Below are positions 1 through 17,790 of a stretch of 64,000 bases of DNA, piece by piece. The position numbers and the translations under genes were made by a program. The notes below the pieces were generated by a model. The model saw nothing but the letters and a program-made list of their open reading frames with translations, searched no databases and had not been told where the DNA came from. The DNA is from Eledone cirrhosa (taxonomy: Eukaryota), in assembly GCA_964016885.1 (NCBI GenBank), contig CAXHJY010000183.1, forward strand, positions 1-64,000, read 5' to 3'. The number at the start of each line of letters is the position of its first letter. Position 1 is the stretch's first letter.

Positions 1-1420
<1,420 letters not shown>

Positions 1421-2005
1421 ATCATCATCATCATCATCATCATCGTTTAACGTCCGTGTTCCATGCTTGCATGGGTTTGGACGGGGGTTTTCCCACTTGA
1501 GGCAAGAGTGATTGTCTTGCTCACATAGGACTGTCTGGCAGGTTTTCTACAGTTGGATGCCCTTCCTAACACCAACCACATTTACAGTGTGGGTCTGGGA
1601 GGTTTTTACCGTGTTGCCTACATGGCCACATTACAGCGTGGACTGTGTGTTTTTTTGTCATGACACCTACACGATCTCATTAGTTTCGGCCTGGATGGTG
1701 TGGCACCAACATAACTTTACATAGAAGGGGGGCGGTGTGGATGGGGTGGGGGTGGTGGGTGTATTTTGTTAGAGATGCCTACTGACTGGAGTAGGTTTTA
1801 CTTTGTATTTAGGTAAGGCGGGTCTTCTCTATTACTGAGTACCGCCAAAGGTCTCGGTCCAGTGACATTGTCTTGGTGAGGTGTAAGTGTGTGAGGTCGG
1901 AGTTTATCAGCTCGTCCCAGGTTTTTCTGGGTCTGCCTATTCCGTGGCTACCGTCTATCTTTATTGCCCTGCACTTTGTTATACAGTTATCGTCCTTCAT
2001 GCGCA
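1421..2005 (-). mobile_element. 5'-truncated RTE LINE (last ~65 codons, 3' UTR and (GAT)n tail)
   Basis: ORF end MRMKDD...GRPRKTW...EKTRLT* and UTR nearly identical to 59174-59765; (ATC)n on the + strand at 1421-1443. Confidence 0.93.
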
Positions 2006-2039
<34 letters not shown>

Positions 2040-2225
2040 ATATATATATATATTATATATATTTTTTTTTTTTTTTTTTTTTTTTTTAACGTTTAACGTC
2101 CGTGTTCCACGCTTGCATGGGTTTATATATATATATTATATATATTACATATATATATTATATATATTATATATATATTATATATATTACATATATATAT
2201 TATATATATATATATATATTATATA

Positions 2226-2279
2226 CTAGCAGTAAAGCCCGGCGTTGCTCGGGGTCGTTCAGTAGCTGTGTTAAAGTTA
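2226..2279 (-). mobile_element. Isolated copy of a Helitron 3' end (hairpin + CTAG)
   Basis: Identical to 5670-5723. Confidence 0.75.
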
Positions 2280-5669
<3,390 letters not shown>

Positions 5670-6702
5670 CTAGCAGTAAAGCCCGGCGTTGCTCGGGGTC
5701 GTTCAGTAGCTGTGTTAAAGTTACAATGTTAAGTTTCTTTTTTGGCTTAAAAACTGTAGTGTCTACTGAGCAGACTTGCATGTGGTGTTTTTGATTAATA
5801 TTCCCTCAACCAACAATATGCCTTATGAAGTTAAGAAAACATAACGATAACCCGAATGTTATAACAAAAGAGGATGCTGGGGATAGAAACTGCACTGGTT
5901 ATTTATTAACAAAGATAGAAAATGTAAACACTGCAACGCAGAGAAAAACATTAGCGTAACCAAATTATCAGTTATGTCTGTCTGCACGCCTATATCACCT
6001 CTCTGCACGACTGTCTGTCTGCACGCCTATATCACCTCTCTGCACGACTGTCTGTCTGCACGCGTATATCACCTCTCTGCACGACTGTCTGTCTGCACGC
6101 GTATATCACCTCTCTGCACGACTGTCTGTCTGCACGCGTATATCACCTCTCTGCACGACTGTCTGTCTGCACGCCTAACGAAATTTACAGATACATATAT
6201 TTTAAATAAACTTATATAATTTTTGCTTTTTTTTTACGAAATATTTGCTTGTTTTACGTAGTCTTTAAATAGACTTGTTTTCAAGTAAAAATATTGTTTT
6301 AAAAGGCTTTCAACTGGAAATGAAGCAAAACGGAAGCTTAGTGTTCGAACTGATGAATTTTGCAGGACAAAATTTTGCTGGCTCGACAACTGTTCGTGTA
6401 TTGTGTTAATGTCATTTTAAACGCTGAGAAAGCCAGCGTAATTTGTTTAATTTTTGCACGCAGACGCTCAATGTAAACAGAACAAAGGGAAATAACTCGT
6501 CACTTACGCTCAAAAATCGATACATTAGATTCGATTTCGTCACATAGGGTGGGTCAATTTGAAATATTTTTTTTCCGATGTCTTCGCTAGGGCTCAATGT
6601 ACAAGTATAGCAATTTCAGTGCAATTCCGTCAGAGATTCTAAGAGGAGATGTGTGCCAAAAATCGATAGACAGACAGACAACCACAGCTTTATATATATA
6701 GA
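5670..6702 (-). mobile_element. Non-autonomous Helitron with internal 37-bp minisatellite
   Basis: Minus strand starts A|TCTATATATATAAAG and ends with hairpin CCCGAGCAACGCCGGG then CTTTACTGCTAG|T; inserted between A and T with no TSD; (GTCT)n near the 5' end. Confidence 0.85.
5975..6176. repeat. 37-bp tandem repeat, ~5.5 copies (TGTCTGTCTGCACGCCTATATCACCTCTCTGCACGAC)
   Basis: Directly visible tandem units inside the Helitron. Confidence 0.93.
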
Positions 6703-7066
6703 TTATATATATATATATAAATATATTATATATATATATTATATTATATATATTATATATATATTATATTATATATATATATATAAATATATTATATATA
6801 TATATTATATATATTATATATATATTATATTATATATATATATTATATATATTATATATATATATATATATTATATATATATATATATTATATATATATA
6901 TATATTATATATATATAATTTTATATATATTATATATATATATAATTTTATATATATTATATATATATATATTATATATATATATTATATATATATAATT
7001 ATATATATATAATTATATATATATTATATATATATATATTATAGATATATATATTATAGATAAAAT

Positions 7067-7098
<32 letters not shown>

Positions 7099-7200
7099 AT
7101 ATATAATATATATAATATATATATATATTTATATGATATATTATATATATATATATATAATATATATATATATATATAATATATATATATATATATTATA

Positions 7201-7972
7201 TCCTGAAGCTTGCCCCCTTCAACAGCAATGCAACACACCAGCTTTAATCTATGAAGCTGTGGTCACTTCCAACCGACCAAACGAACCACAGGAGGTCAAA
7301 TCCTATGTGGTCATGGCGGAGGGCCGATTGAAGGAGCATTTCCTGAACCACCAGTCTACCTTCAGATACTTGGACAGACATTCATCCACGAAACTCCTGA
7401 GCCACGTATGGCCCCTCAAGGACTCAAGTATAGGCTACTCCATGCAATGGAAAGCCATCACTAAGTCCAAGCCATACGCAAGGGGAAATCCTACATGTGG
7501 CTTATGTATTGACGAACGAATAACTATCCTAAGAGATTACGCAATAGTGATTGCCTAAACACGAGAAGTGCATTTTTCACACGTTGTCCACACGTCACCA
7601 AACATCTATTGCATAACTACAAGGCTCCGGACTGATTCTTTGTAATTTTATTTTTAATTTTTTAAATTTTATTTTCAACCTAAAAACTTTTCGGACTTTC
7701 GCAGTTATCTCCCTTACACCTCCTGCACGCAGTCTAGTATTGCCTGTGTGAAGAGACCGAGTTTCTGCGCATGCGCATTCGTACGGTTTTCCTTCCTGTT
7801 CCTATAACCATACACATCCCGAACTGAAGATCTGCGAAGGTGAAACAATTGTTCTCGGTATGGTGAACTAACTGTTGTGTAACCACTTCTTGTGTAACCA
7901 CTTCTACCTAACTCGTCCCTTGAACTGAGTGCTCTACCACTACGGATATTACCCTCCAGTGTTCCACCACTA
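7201..7972 (+). mobile_element. Penelope-like element 3' fragment: degenerate GIY-YIG endonuclease plus pLTR
   Basis: CPLQQQC..IYEAVV..SYVVMAEGRLKEHFLNHQSTF..STKLLSHVWPLK..W..Y..CGLCIDE, continuing after a frameshift to LNTRS..RCPH; this is the Cys-rich PLE GIY-YIG pattern, followed by a hammerhead-like motif. Confidence 0.85.
7807..7865 (+). ncRNA. Type I hammerhead-like motif in PLE pLTR (slightly degenerate)
   Basis: CTGAAGA(7824-30), short stem II, GAAAC AATT GTT; stem I ACCATA..CCGA / TCGG TATGGT with a mismatch next to the core. Confidence 0.6.
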
Positions 7973-8297
7973 TATATATATATATATAATATATATATAA
8001 TATATATATATATAATATATATATAATATATATAATATATATATATATATAAAATCCCATCTGCTGAGTGCTGTGGTCGGGATTCTACATATCTCTATAC
8101 CAACACTGTATCTCCCCATGCATTGAGCATTCCTATGATTAGTGGTCTCCCTGGTCTCAGCACAGCAAACTCTTTATATATACAGGGAGAGAGAGAGAGA
8201 AAAATAGAGAGAGAAAGAGGGAGATAAAATGCAAGAAAATAAGATCTTTATTAGTTATATTTCAGACACACACACTAAATATGGATGTATTACGCAC

Positions 8298-8352
8298 CAG
8301 ACTTAATTCTTTCAGATGATCTTTCAAGGTATACACTGTGTCCACCAGCCCC
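8298..8352 (-). CDS. ARHGEF7: Coding exon of PIX-family RhoGEF (start of C-terminal coiled coil): (K)GLVDTVYTLKDHLKELSL
   Basis: tttgtag|G GGG CTG GTG GAC ACA GTG TAT...CTG|gtgcgt; matches recalled beta-PIX EKSLVDTVYALKDEVQEL; phase 2 start fits the upstream exon. Confidence 0.9.
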
Positions 8353-8719
8353 CTACAAATATAAGAATAAATAAGGCAATGTTATATTTATTCTGAAGTA
8401 AATATTTAATAAGAGTTACATTTCAGTGTAAAGAAGGATAGAGATAACAGCTGTATAAAAATATGAACACAACCTAAATAGGCTGTTAATGGCTATCAAT
8501 GGTACCCATAAAACGTTCGGGGTGGGGTGAATATATATATATATATATATACATTATTTATTAAAATGTCTTAGGAAAAAAATCAACTAAAAACCTTGCA
8601 TTTATATTTTCTAAACTGTATTTCTAACATTCCTTCCCTACCTCTTGCAGACAGTTATACTTTTTTTCAATTCTGTTTTTATAATTCCAACAACTTACAG
8701 TTTAACCATTTTAAATAAC

Positions 8720-9480
8720 TTTATATTATCTTTTCTTTGCCCACTTATTCCTTCCAGTGAGTCCTGTCAGAAGCAACTGTCTCCAATTGATCAGACTGGA
8801 TTCCCAAGAACAGCTGAGCTCATGGATGTTATCCAAGCATCATGCTCAGGGTCCACCACTAGGTCCCCTGCTGGTTGCTTTTGCTAGTAAAATCTATCCA
8901 CCAATTCTTTCCATAGTATCAGAACTGTGGCCTCCCAATTTGGAGATGTAGGGGTGCTACCTAGAGCAACTTCCTGATTTCTGAGCTATGCACTGTATCG
9001 AGTATTTGTGATTGTATTCTTTTGGTTATTACCCAAGATTCAAGGCCATAGGTAAGGGCTGGTACAAATACCAAATTAAAAATAACACAAACACTGAAAT
9101 GAAGATAGCGAATTTGGGTTTTACACCTATCTCCCTTCTTCTAATGACCGAGTATGGAAGCTGGCATATTACTGCACCAACTCATGCAATTTTTGTAGTG
9201 AATTCAGCCCCGAGATACTTGAACTTCTCCACCTGCTTCAGTGGAACTCCACTCACATGAAGAGTAGACTGCGCAGGCTTCCTTGGGATGACTACTGTCT
9301 TAGTCTTGCAGCACTGATTTTCATTCCTGACATGCAGCACTCGGCTTCAAAGCTATCAAGGACATGTCGGAGATCACTTTCCAAAGTAGAACCATGTTGT
9401 CTGAAAATTCCCACACAGACTTCATGACAGAAATAAGAAAAAAGTAAAGGAATGGGGAAGGAGAAAACTACGCCCTTGGA
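8720..9480 (-). mobile_element. Decayed non-LTR retroelement (RTE-like RT C-terminus)
   Basis: Remnants of a GRP..W.D.I motif; related copies at ~47770-48000 and ~63780-64000. Confidence 0.5.
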
Positions 9481-11022
9481 TATTTGTTTGCCATTTTATT
9501 AAAGTTAAGTAGAACTTGAATTACTTCTATAAAAGAAATTCATATATTACACTAAACATGACATAAAATATATACGATATCTGAAAGCATCTCATCCTCA
9601 TTGTTCTTTATAGTTTGAATGACTTTCAGTTTTCTTGCAAACAAAGTAGAATCTGCTTCACTGAAAACGTTGAATAAGACTGAAACAATGCCTGTTGATG
9701 TCACCAGTTGTTAACTCTTTTGATATCAAAACCACATGAAATTGTGGTTCTATTATATTTTAAAGTGTTTATATTTATCGAAAAAATGCCCATCATAATT
9801 TATGTAAGAACCTTTGTTAATTTATGTCCAAACAACAGCTTAATAATGAGAAAGTTAGTTATTCTATTATATCCTTTGGAATTCTTGATTATTTTCAAAA
9901 TTATTTGAAAATCATAGGCAATAGATTTTCTCAGAAATATGATAATGAAAGGAGTTAAAAACCAGATCCACACTCTCGTATAGCATTTTCTATATTTTCC
10001 AAAATTACAATTAACTGATTCTATTGCTGTTACCTCCCATGTTTTTTTTTTAATTTTTAAACCCCTCCTGGCAGGAATTTTGTCTTCTACTTGCTGGGAT
10101 AATCTCAGTTAATCAAACTATTTCAATGATTTAGTATAAAATATCTAAAAATGTTTTTAATTAATTTAAATGTTTATAGTAGACAGACTGTTGTGAACAT
10201 TTGCAGTATTAGAGTAAATAATTTAATTTTTAATGTGATGCAGTCATGGAGCTGTTTTGTACTTTTCAATAATATTTTTTTAATGCAGTTGTGATGTGCA
10301 GTACAAAAATTAAATGTCAATAATGAGATATGTCACATGTGCATTAGTAAATGATTTTGACTCCAACTGTGCAGATTGTCAACATGAAGCTAAGCAGTTG
10401 ATCTAACAAAATTACAACCCTGAACAGGTTCCATCAGGTGGCAGCTTTACCACAAACTGTTTAAAGAGCTAACCTTTTTAATCCATCTTTTTTTTCTTTA
10501 ACAAAATACACTGTCAATGAATTTCAATTAATCTTTGAAAATAATAAAAAATTTGGAGGAATTTAGTAAAATAACTAAGTTGTTCATTATTAAGCTGGTG
10601 TTTGAAACATAATTAATAATAAATTATTTATGGGCAGGATTACATCATAGAACCAAAAGGGTATTAAAGTATCTCTCTCTCTCTGTCTCTTTCATGTTCT
10701 CTATATTTGACTCTCTGGTGTTCTCTCTCTCTCTCTCTTCCTTTCCTTCATAAACAAATACACATGCAATCATTTATATTTTGAAGAAGAAAAGGCGCAG
10801 GTTTTGCAGACTTTAAACAAGGTTTCTTGGATGTTTTAATGATAGGAGTTATAGTCCTATCATAAAAAAAAAACAAAAAAAAATGAAGGTTCTTCCTCAA
10901 GAACACAACATACCACCCAGTCCAGGAACCAAACACATAACTTTATGATCATGAGCCTAACACTCTAAACACTAAGCCAAACATAAATAGAAACTTCATT
11001 ATAAATATCACAACTATATAAT

Positions 11023-11207
11023 TGTTTCTATGTTAGGCACAAGGCCAGCAATTACCCAGTAAATTACTGGTACTTTATTTTATCGTCCCCGTAAGGATGA
11101 AAGGCAAAGTTAACCTCGGCGGGATTTGAACTGAGAATGGCAAGGGCCGTAACTATGCGTCAAAGCATGGCGTCCGACCCTTTAGCGATACTGCCAATCC
11201 ACCGCCC
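11023..11207 (-). mobile_element. tRNA-derived SINE family A, full length, 18-bp TSD
   Basis: B-box GAGTTCAAATCC-like head; core GCCTTTCATCCTTACGGGG.CGATAAAATAAAGTACC; TSD ATATCACAACTATATAAT on both sides. Confidence 0.88.
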
Positions 11208-11689
11208 TATATATCACAACTATATAATGATAGTAGTCAAGTGGCTTATCTCATATTAGGCAAAGGCCTTTGACTTTGATCTTTTAGTGCCTGGGTTCTT
11301 CATTAAAGCTCTTCTTCATGTATCCAGTTTGACCATATCCCTACATGTCACAAGAGGTGTCTAAAAGGGTTAGTGCCAAGAAGGCATCTGACTGTGAAAT
11401 ATTGTCTCAAAACAAGACCCCAAGATGAATATAAAACCTATCATGTGGTCAGTAAAAAAATGGTCTTAAAATGATTGTGTAATATAAAGCATAGATTTAA
11501 ATTCCATAACAAAGCTGCATTAATTGTTATAGCCTCCACCTTGCTCATTTAGCTGACCTCCTCTAAGGTTGCAGTCTTTTGATGCATGTTCAAAGGCATT
11601 TTCTTGAGTGGCTTTACAATAGATGTCCTGGTCTGAGCTCTGGTTATAGGCAGTTTTGGGGGTCATTATAATAGGACTCCAAGAGCTGG

Positions 11690-11872
11690 GGATTGGCAGT
11701 ATTGGTAGAAGGTCGGACACCATGCTTTGTAGCGTAGAGTTACGCCCCTTTATGGTCTGAGTTCAAATCCCGCCGAGGTTCACTTTGCCTTTCATCCTTA
11801 CGGGGTCGATAAAATAAAGTACCAGTAATGAACTGGGATAATTGCTGGCCTTGTGCCAAAAGTAGAAACAAT
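11690..11872 (+). mobile_element. SINE family A copy
   Basis: Same core; flanking duplication ATTATAATAGGACTCCA. Confidence 0.85.
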
Positions 11873-12509
11873 TATAATAGGACTCCAGCTATATATGGAT
11901 CCTTAAACAGCTTTACAATAAGAGCTCCAGTCCTATCAAGTCACATTCTAATTACCAGGATATTGTTACCAAACTATAAAAGGTAATGTGACAATTGTTT
12001 TCATTCCAGCTTAGAGTAGAATATTTACAGATGCAGGGGCCAGCAGGTTTTAGAGCAGACACACAGTGGATTCTAGGCAAGTAGAAGAAGGGGCCCATTT
12101 CAAAGGATTTACAAAAGTTATTAATTATTTTATTTATTTACATAGTTAATTAACATATGGGTCTTACAACGGGTGGGTTTGTTTTATAGAACCAGAACCA
12201 GTTTTAGTTGGGTTGGGTTGGTATCATCAAAACCTTCAATTGACCAGCTAACACAGGAATTCTCTGTGTCCCCAAATATATTCTGGCTCATATCTATTGG
12301 CATCTTAAATATATTTAAATACTTGGAAAACAAAACAAATTTTAACTTGTTCTGCTCCAAATACATTACAACATTTATAATCAAGATTCTGTAGAGAATT
12401 TCATGAAGTGTAAAATGTGTATGAAGCATTTTGAAAATTGTAAAAAAAAAAGATGAAAACACTTATTAACAATATTGAAAAAAATTTTTGTTTAAAGATT
12501 CAGACTTAC

Positions 12510-12594
12510 TTCTCCTTGAATACAAATTCTTCCCCATCCACATCATCAATTATCTTTTCCTCTTCAGCTATAAGCACATGAGGGCTATATATCG
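12510..12594 (-). CDS. ARHGEF7: Coding exon of PIX-family RhoGEF: xIYSPHVLIAEEEKIIDDVDGEEFVFKE(K)
   Basis: tttgcag|CG ATA TAT AGC CCT...GAG AA|gtaagt; matches recalled beta-PIX PQVLLPEEEKII...EEK; joins exon 8298-8352 in frame (AA+G=Lys). Confidence 0.92.
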
Positions 12595-13289
12595 CTGCAA
12601 ACCATTAAAAGCAAATTAACAGAATTATTTTTTTTTTATCATACAAAAGTCAAATGGAGATTTTTCATAGTTTCCTTCTTAACTAATAATTGATAGCCTT
12701 AGAACAGAAGATTAATGTGAATTACAACTTAAAAACATTTTTTAAAAAGTGTAATTCTCAAAGGTGAAAGAACAGAAAAATATTTACTTTAATTTATATC
12801 AGAAAAATAAAGTTTGAAGAACAAATAACACTTACATGAAGGAAATTGTTCATATTGTCATGTAAAATATATAAACTATGTAGATAGGAAATTTAAATAA
12901 ACTACCAATTTTTCTTTTTAATAGAACATCTTAAAAATGCACATTACATACATGAAAGTTAAAAAATAACACACACACAAGTTCAAATATAGAGAAATAC
13001 AAGCATATCAGTGTATGTATATGTACATGTGTTGTATATGTGAGTGTGTATATATACATATATGTGGGTGTGCTCATCTGTAGTTCTGAAACACAAAAAA
13101 GAAGCTTAAACTGAATATATTTTCATTTTATCCACAGTCAAGAGGTTCTCATGACAGATATGACAATAATATACAAAGTAATATTAATCAGAGAATAATC
13201 ACCTTTTCAAAGATAATAGAGATGAAGGTGGCTTAAAACCACAAAGGCTCCATGTAGTAATGGAAAATATAGAAAACTAGTTATAATGA

Positions 13290-13570
13290 TAATATAATCA
13301 TCATCATTTAACGTCCATTTTTCCAAGCTTGCATGGTTTAGATGTTATCATGTTATGAGACATCAAGTCAGGTGACTAGATTAAGCTCATACAGATTGGT
13401 ATTTTGGCTTGGTTTCTACAGCTGGATGCCCTTCCTAACACCAACCACATTACAGTGTAGACTGTACTTTTTATTGTAGCATTGAAATGATCACTTAACA
13501 AGGTGGACTAGGTGCTTTTTGTCGAGTCACCAGCATGACTACTTTGCAGGGTGGGATGGATGTATTTTGT
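13290..13570 (-). mobile_element. Non-autonomous RTE-tail element (decayed)
   Basis: (CAT)n tail plus GGATGCCCTTCCTAACACCAACC module shared with RTE UTRs. Confidence 0.7.
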
Positions 13571-14124
13571 TTTTTGTTTTGCGAGGCATTGTGGGAGATA
13601 AGATGTAATCTGTGTATTAATTCTTAGTCTGTTTACTAATTTCAGTCAGTAGATTGCAGCCATGCTGGGGTACAGTACTGATTTATTTTTTCAAATCTGG
13701 TACTTATTTTAGGGGACATTATGCAGATATGTACATAAGCACATTTGTCCAGGTTGTGGCACTGTGGGACTGAACCCAGAACATAGTTGTGAAGTGAACT
13801 TCTTAATCACACAGCTATGCCTAAATGTAAATTTATTGTCAAATTCTCAAATCCACTTTTCTTGCTTCATTACAAATAACAAATCCATGTTTAACTACTA
13901 AAGATAAGACAGTCTTTCATATGGTGTTATAATATGGGATCACCATCTCACTCATATGCACAATTGGCTAGCCTCCTTCCTATAAGGTTGCATCCGAGGT
14001 TTGACAGGTGTTATGATAGTGAGGCTCCAAGAACACAATTTGACATCTATTCCTGGAATAAAACTCACATGTGCCTTGACTCCAATCAATTTTAATTGTA
14101 TTGATAGTAAATAAATACAAATAT

Positions 14125-14370
14125 TATGTATATTCAAATATAAGCTGATCCGAATATAAGCCCCACCCCCCCACCCCCACAAAAATGTTATGTCTGAGAA
14201 ATGGGCAAAAATCCAAACAGCATTTATAAGCCGAGGCAGTTAACACATTGTTTAGATGGTGTATACAAGCCACCCCACCCTCCAGTTTACCATCAACATT
14301 TTTTTTTTGGGGGGGGGGGGGGGGGTCGTCCACATATTCCTTGGCTTATATTTGAGTATATATGTGGTAA
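14125..14370. mobile_element. pogo/Tigger-like MITE
   Basis: Inverted ends TATATTCAAATATAAGC / GCTTATATTTGAGTATATA; internal repeat of the TATAAGCC motif. Confidence 0.6.
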
Positions 14371-16502
14371 TTTCTGTTCAGAAATTTAATAAAGAAATCA
14401 GTGAGTTTATGTAAGCTTGTTGCAATGACCCTTAAATTTTGAGGAGCTTTACTGCTGACGATAGAGATGTGGAAATAGCTAGCTGCTTGCTCTACAGGTG
14501 ATGTTTGACAATGGACTTGGCTATCCCAGCACCTTAGCAGCACTATCACTCATGCTAATACCAGGTCTTGGTTTGCCTCAACATTTTTCAGAAAGCAACA
14601 CTAACATTCCATGTTGTAGTGTGTAACTGATTGGACCACTATCACCAGTAGTAACACCATGGGTGTCTTGACTTGCCTCAAAGATCTTTAGTTAAAGAGG
14701 AAACACCAGCATTCTCTGTTGTATTGTGTAATTGAAGGACCCGCTGTCACCTACATTAACATCATTAGTATCTTGATTTGCCTCAATTTCTTTTTAGTAG
14801 GGATCACCACCATTACCTGGTGGATATATTGTCTAACTGAGGTACTTGTTATCACTCATACTAATGCCATGCATGTGTTAACTTGCCTACAAAATATTTG
14901 GGGGAAAATACCAGCATTTTCTGTTGTAATGTGTAATTGAGAGTTCATGTCTTCTCCCATTATTTTTTCTTTCTTTTCTCTTTTTATTGATTTAATCCTT
15001 TTGCACATCATAACCATTGTAAAAGAAAGTTGATAAAACATTTGGAAAATCTTACAAATATATTTAGTAGGCTTAACTAACGAGTCTTGTAGTTTTATAC
15101 GAGAAATACAAAATATCTTTCAGGTTTATTAAAGTCAAATCAAGCCAGGTTGAAAGTTATTTCATTTTTTAGAATAGATATGTGGAGTAGAAATGTTTAG
15201 AAAGACATGGGAGGAAGTTGTTAGGTCAGATCTGATTATGAAGGGTTGTGACGCAAGGTTATTTGTCATGCTGCAAGCCAATGTCAATAATGCCAGCATA
15301 GGAAAATAGATATTGAAATAAAGATGATATAGGATACACAAAATTAAAGAAAGAATTACATCATGGAAAAATTATCATAGTCATTCAAAAACACACAAAA
15401 TCTGTTAAATTTGTTTATCTACTTTTTGATATCATATTTTTTGTTGTAGAGGTGCATAGCCATAATGTCAAGGCTTTAATCCTGTTGTGTGTTGTGTTCT
15501 TCAGCAAAACACTTCATTTCACATTGCTCCAGTATACTCAGCTGAACTGGTATCTCATCAAGGAGGGAGTCTTGTACTCTCTGTCACTTCAAGCCACAGA
15601 AACCGGGATAAGCACCAGTCTAATGAACCTCCAAGCTTGAGACAAACTTAAAACATTTCTTGAAAAATTTTGTTGAATTGTCTATGACTGGGTTACTGAC
15701 ATATTTCCACAGTAGAACTGTGTCAGTGACCAGGTTGCAAACTGCAACAAAATTTTGAACACCAAGATTTTTGAATGGCTGAAATGACTCGTGTTCTAAT
15801 TGCTTCAGTTTCAACATACAGTTTTAGATCAAGTCACCTGTGGCTAAAATAACTCTTCCAGCATAAGATTGATTTAGTTTCAACACACTACAATCTCAGA
15901 TCAAGTCCCTTGCCAGATAAGTACAATTGTGATAAAATTACTCTTCCACAATGTAATTGTTTTAATTTTAACAGGGTCTCAGATTAAGTCACTTGCCAGG
16001 CATGTACAACTCCAAAAATTAAAGGGAATAAAGAGGGAATGCAACAAACACAAAATGAAATAAAAATAATGCAAATGGGGCTTAGAAAGGGTCAGGACCA
16101 GGCAACTAAAATATCTTCTTTTTGTATATATATTTAACTTCATATATTTATGAATATGGGAAGAACACATCTTTGAGTCATTAACCTTCAAAATTTTCAA
16201 GATTTCATTTGGAAAAACATTCAAGTATCAATAGTTTAAAAAGACATATAAATTTTACCATTGCATCATGGTAGAATGACAGTTGTCATTAAAAATAAAC
16301 ATACATCCCAGTATTCACTTTTGCTTTAGTAATGTATATATATTAATAAATTTATAAAATGACATTACTACAAGATGCTTAGTGCACTTATGGCATTGTA
16401 ATACCATAACACACATCACCTTATTCAATGCTAACTGAAATGAATTCAGGAAAACAGAATATTCACAGAATCAGTGGTGTAGTGGCAATTTTGAACAGAT
16501 TA

Positions 16503-16551
<49 letters not shown>

Positions 16552-16639
16552 GAGATATATATATAGTAAGATATTAAGTAATTTTGTTGATTATTGGAGG
16601 TGGTACCAATGTGAGTACTTGATGCTAGAGCAGAGTGTA

Positions 16640-16915
16640 CATATTAAGTTTGATATGATGAAATTTCACTTTAAATCGCTTTTATTGAATATTAACCATT
16701 ACATTTGTTTCACAAATGATTGGCTCAATATCTATATCTATTTGGCTCAATATCAATATCTATATAATCTATATGTCTGAGGAGCAGATCAATATTGGAG
16801 TCAATTCTATCACATGAAAACAGATCTCGAGCCAATCATCTATGAAATATATGTAACAGGTCAATACTCAATAAAAGCATTTTAACATGAAAATTTCATA
16901 TCAAACTAAATATAT
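16640..16915. repeat. Diverged ~85-bp inverted repeat, probable PLE pLTR relic
   Basis: TTTGATATG..GCTTTTATTGA..ATGATTGGCTC versus GAGCCAATCAT..TCAATAAAAGC..CATATCAAA; CTGAGGA at 16777 with GAAA downstream. Confidence 0.55.
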
Positions 16916-17279
16916 ATATATATATAATATATATATGATGATGATGATAGTTATATATATATACTTTTATTGACTTCAATGACTATTGAGACACAATTTA
17001 GTCTCCCCAGCACACACAATATCATTAGTCATATAAGTAGAAATCAAGAATATATAGATGCCTTTCTATGTGTTTCATTATAAAATTTAGAATGTATACA
17101 ACACAAATGAAATTAAAAAAATTTTAAACAATTACCCAAGACACAAATTATTGATAAAGATAAATTATGTTATTTTAAATTTTCATTTTATTTTATATAA
17201 TTCACTGAAATTGTCACTTAAGCCAGAAGAATTTGAATTGTCTATGACAACGTCGAGAAGAAAGATAAATGAGAATGTA

Positions 17280-17790
17280 CATCATTATTATAATCATCAT
17301 CCACCATCTTATGTTTGCTTTTCATGCTAGCATGGGTTTGCCAGGTCATCAAAGTCTGAGACTACACAAGTTAGTGAACCACATCTTGCTCATATGTTTC
17401 ATATTTTGGCATGATTTCTATGGTTTGATGCTCTTCCTAAGGCAAACCATCGTGCAGATTGTACTGGCAATATTTTATAATAGTAATAGAGCTACCACTT
17501 TACAGAGTGTACTGAGAGCATCTTATTATAGTAATAATACTACCCTTTACAGAGAATACTGAGAACATCTTATCATAATAAAGGCACAGATTGTACTGGG
17601 AGTATCTTATGGCAATAACACTACCACTTTACAAAGTGTACTGGATGTATTTTATCAAGGTAACATCACTACCACTTTACAGAGGCACCAGAACTATGAC
17701 TTTACAGAGTGCACTGAGAATATCTTCTCATGGCAACAGCATTATCACTTTACAGAGTGTACTAGGTGAATCTTATGGCAACAGCAGGTG
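17280..17790 (-). mobile_element. RTE-tail element with degenerate ~41-bp tandem expansion
   Basis: Repeated ACCACTTTACAGAGTGTACTG units that also occur in the RTE UTR module. Confidence 0.6.

Noticed and set aside
13952-14055. WSLTIITPVKP peptide resembling PIX WSLSCLRPAPP
   Set aside because: Weak similarity, ends in a stop codon, and is in the wrong order relative to the expected GIT-binding exon
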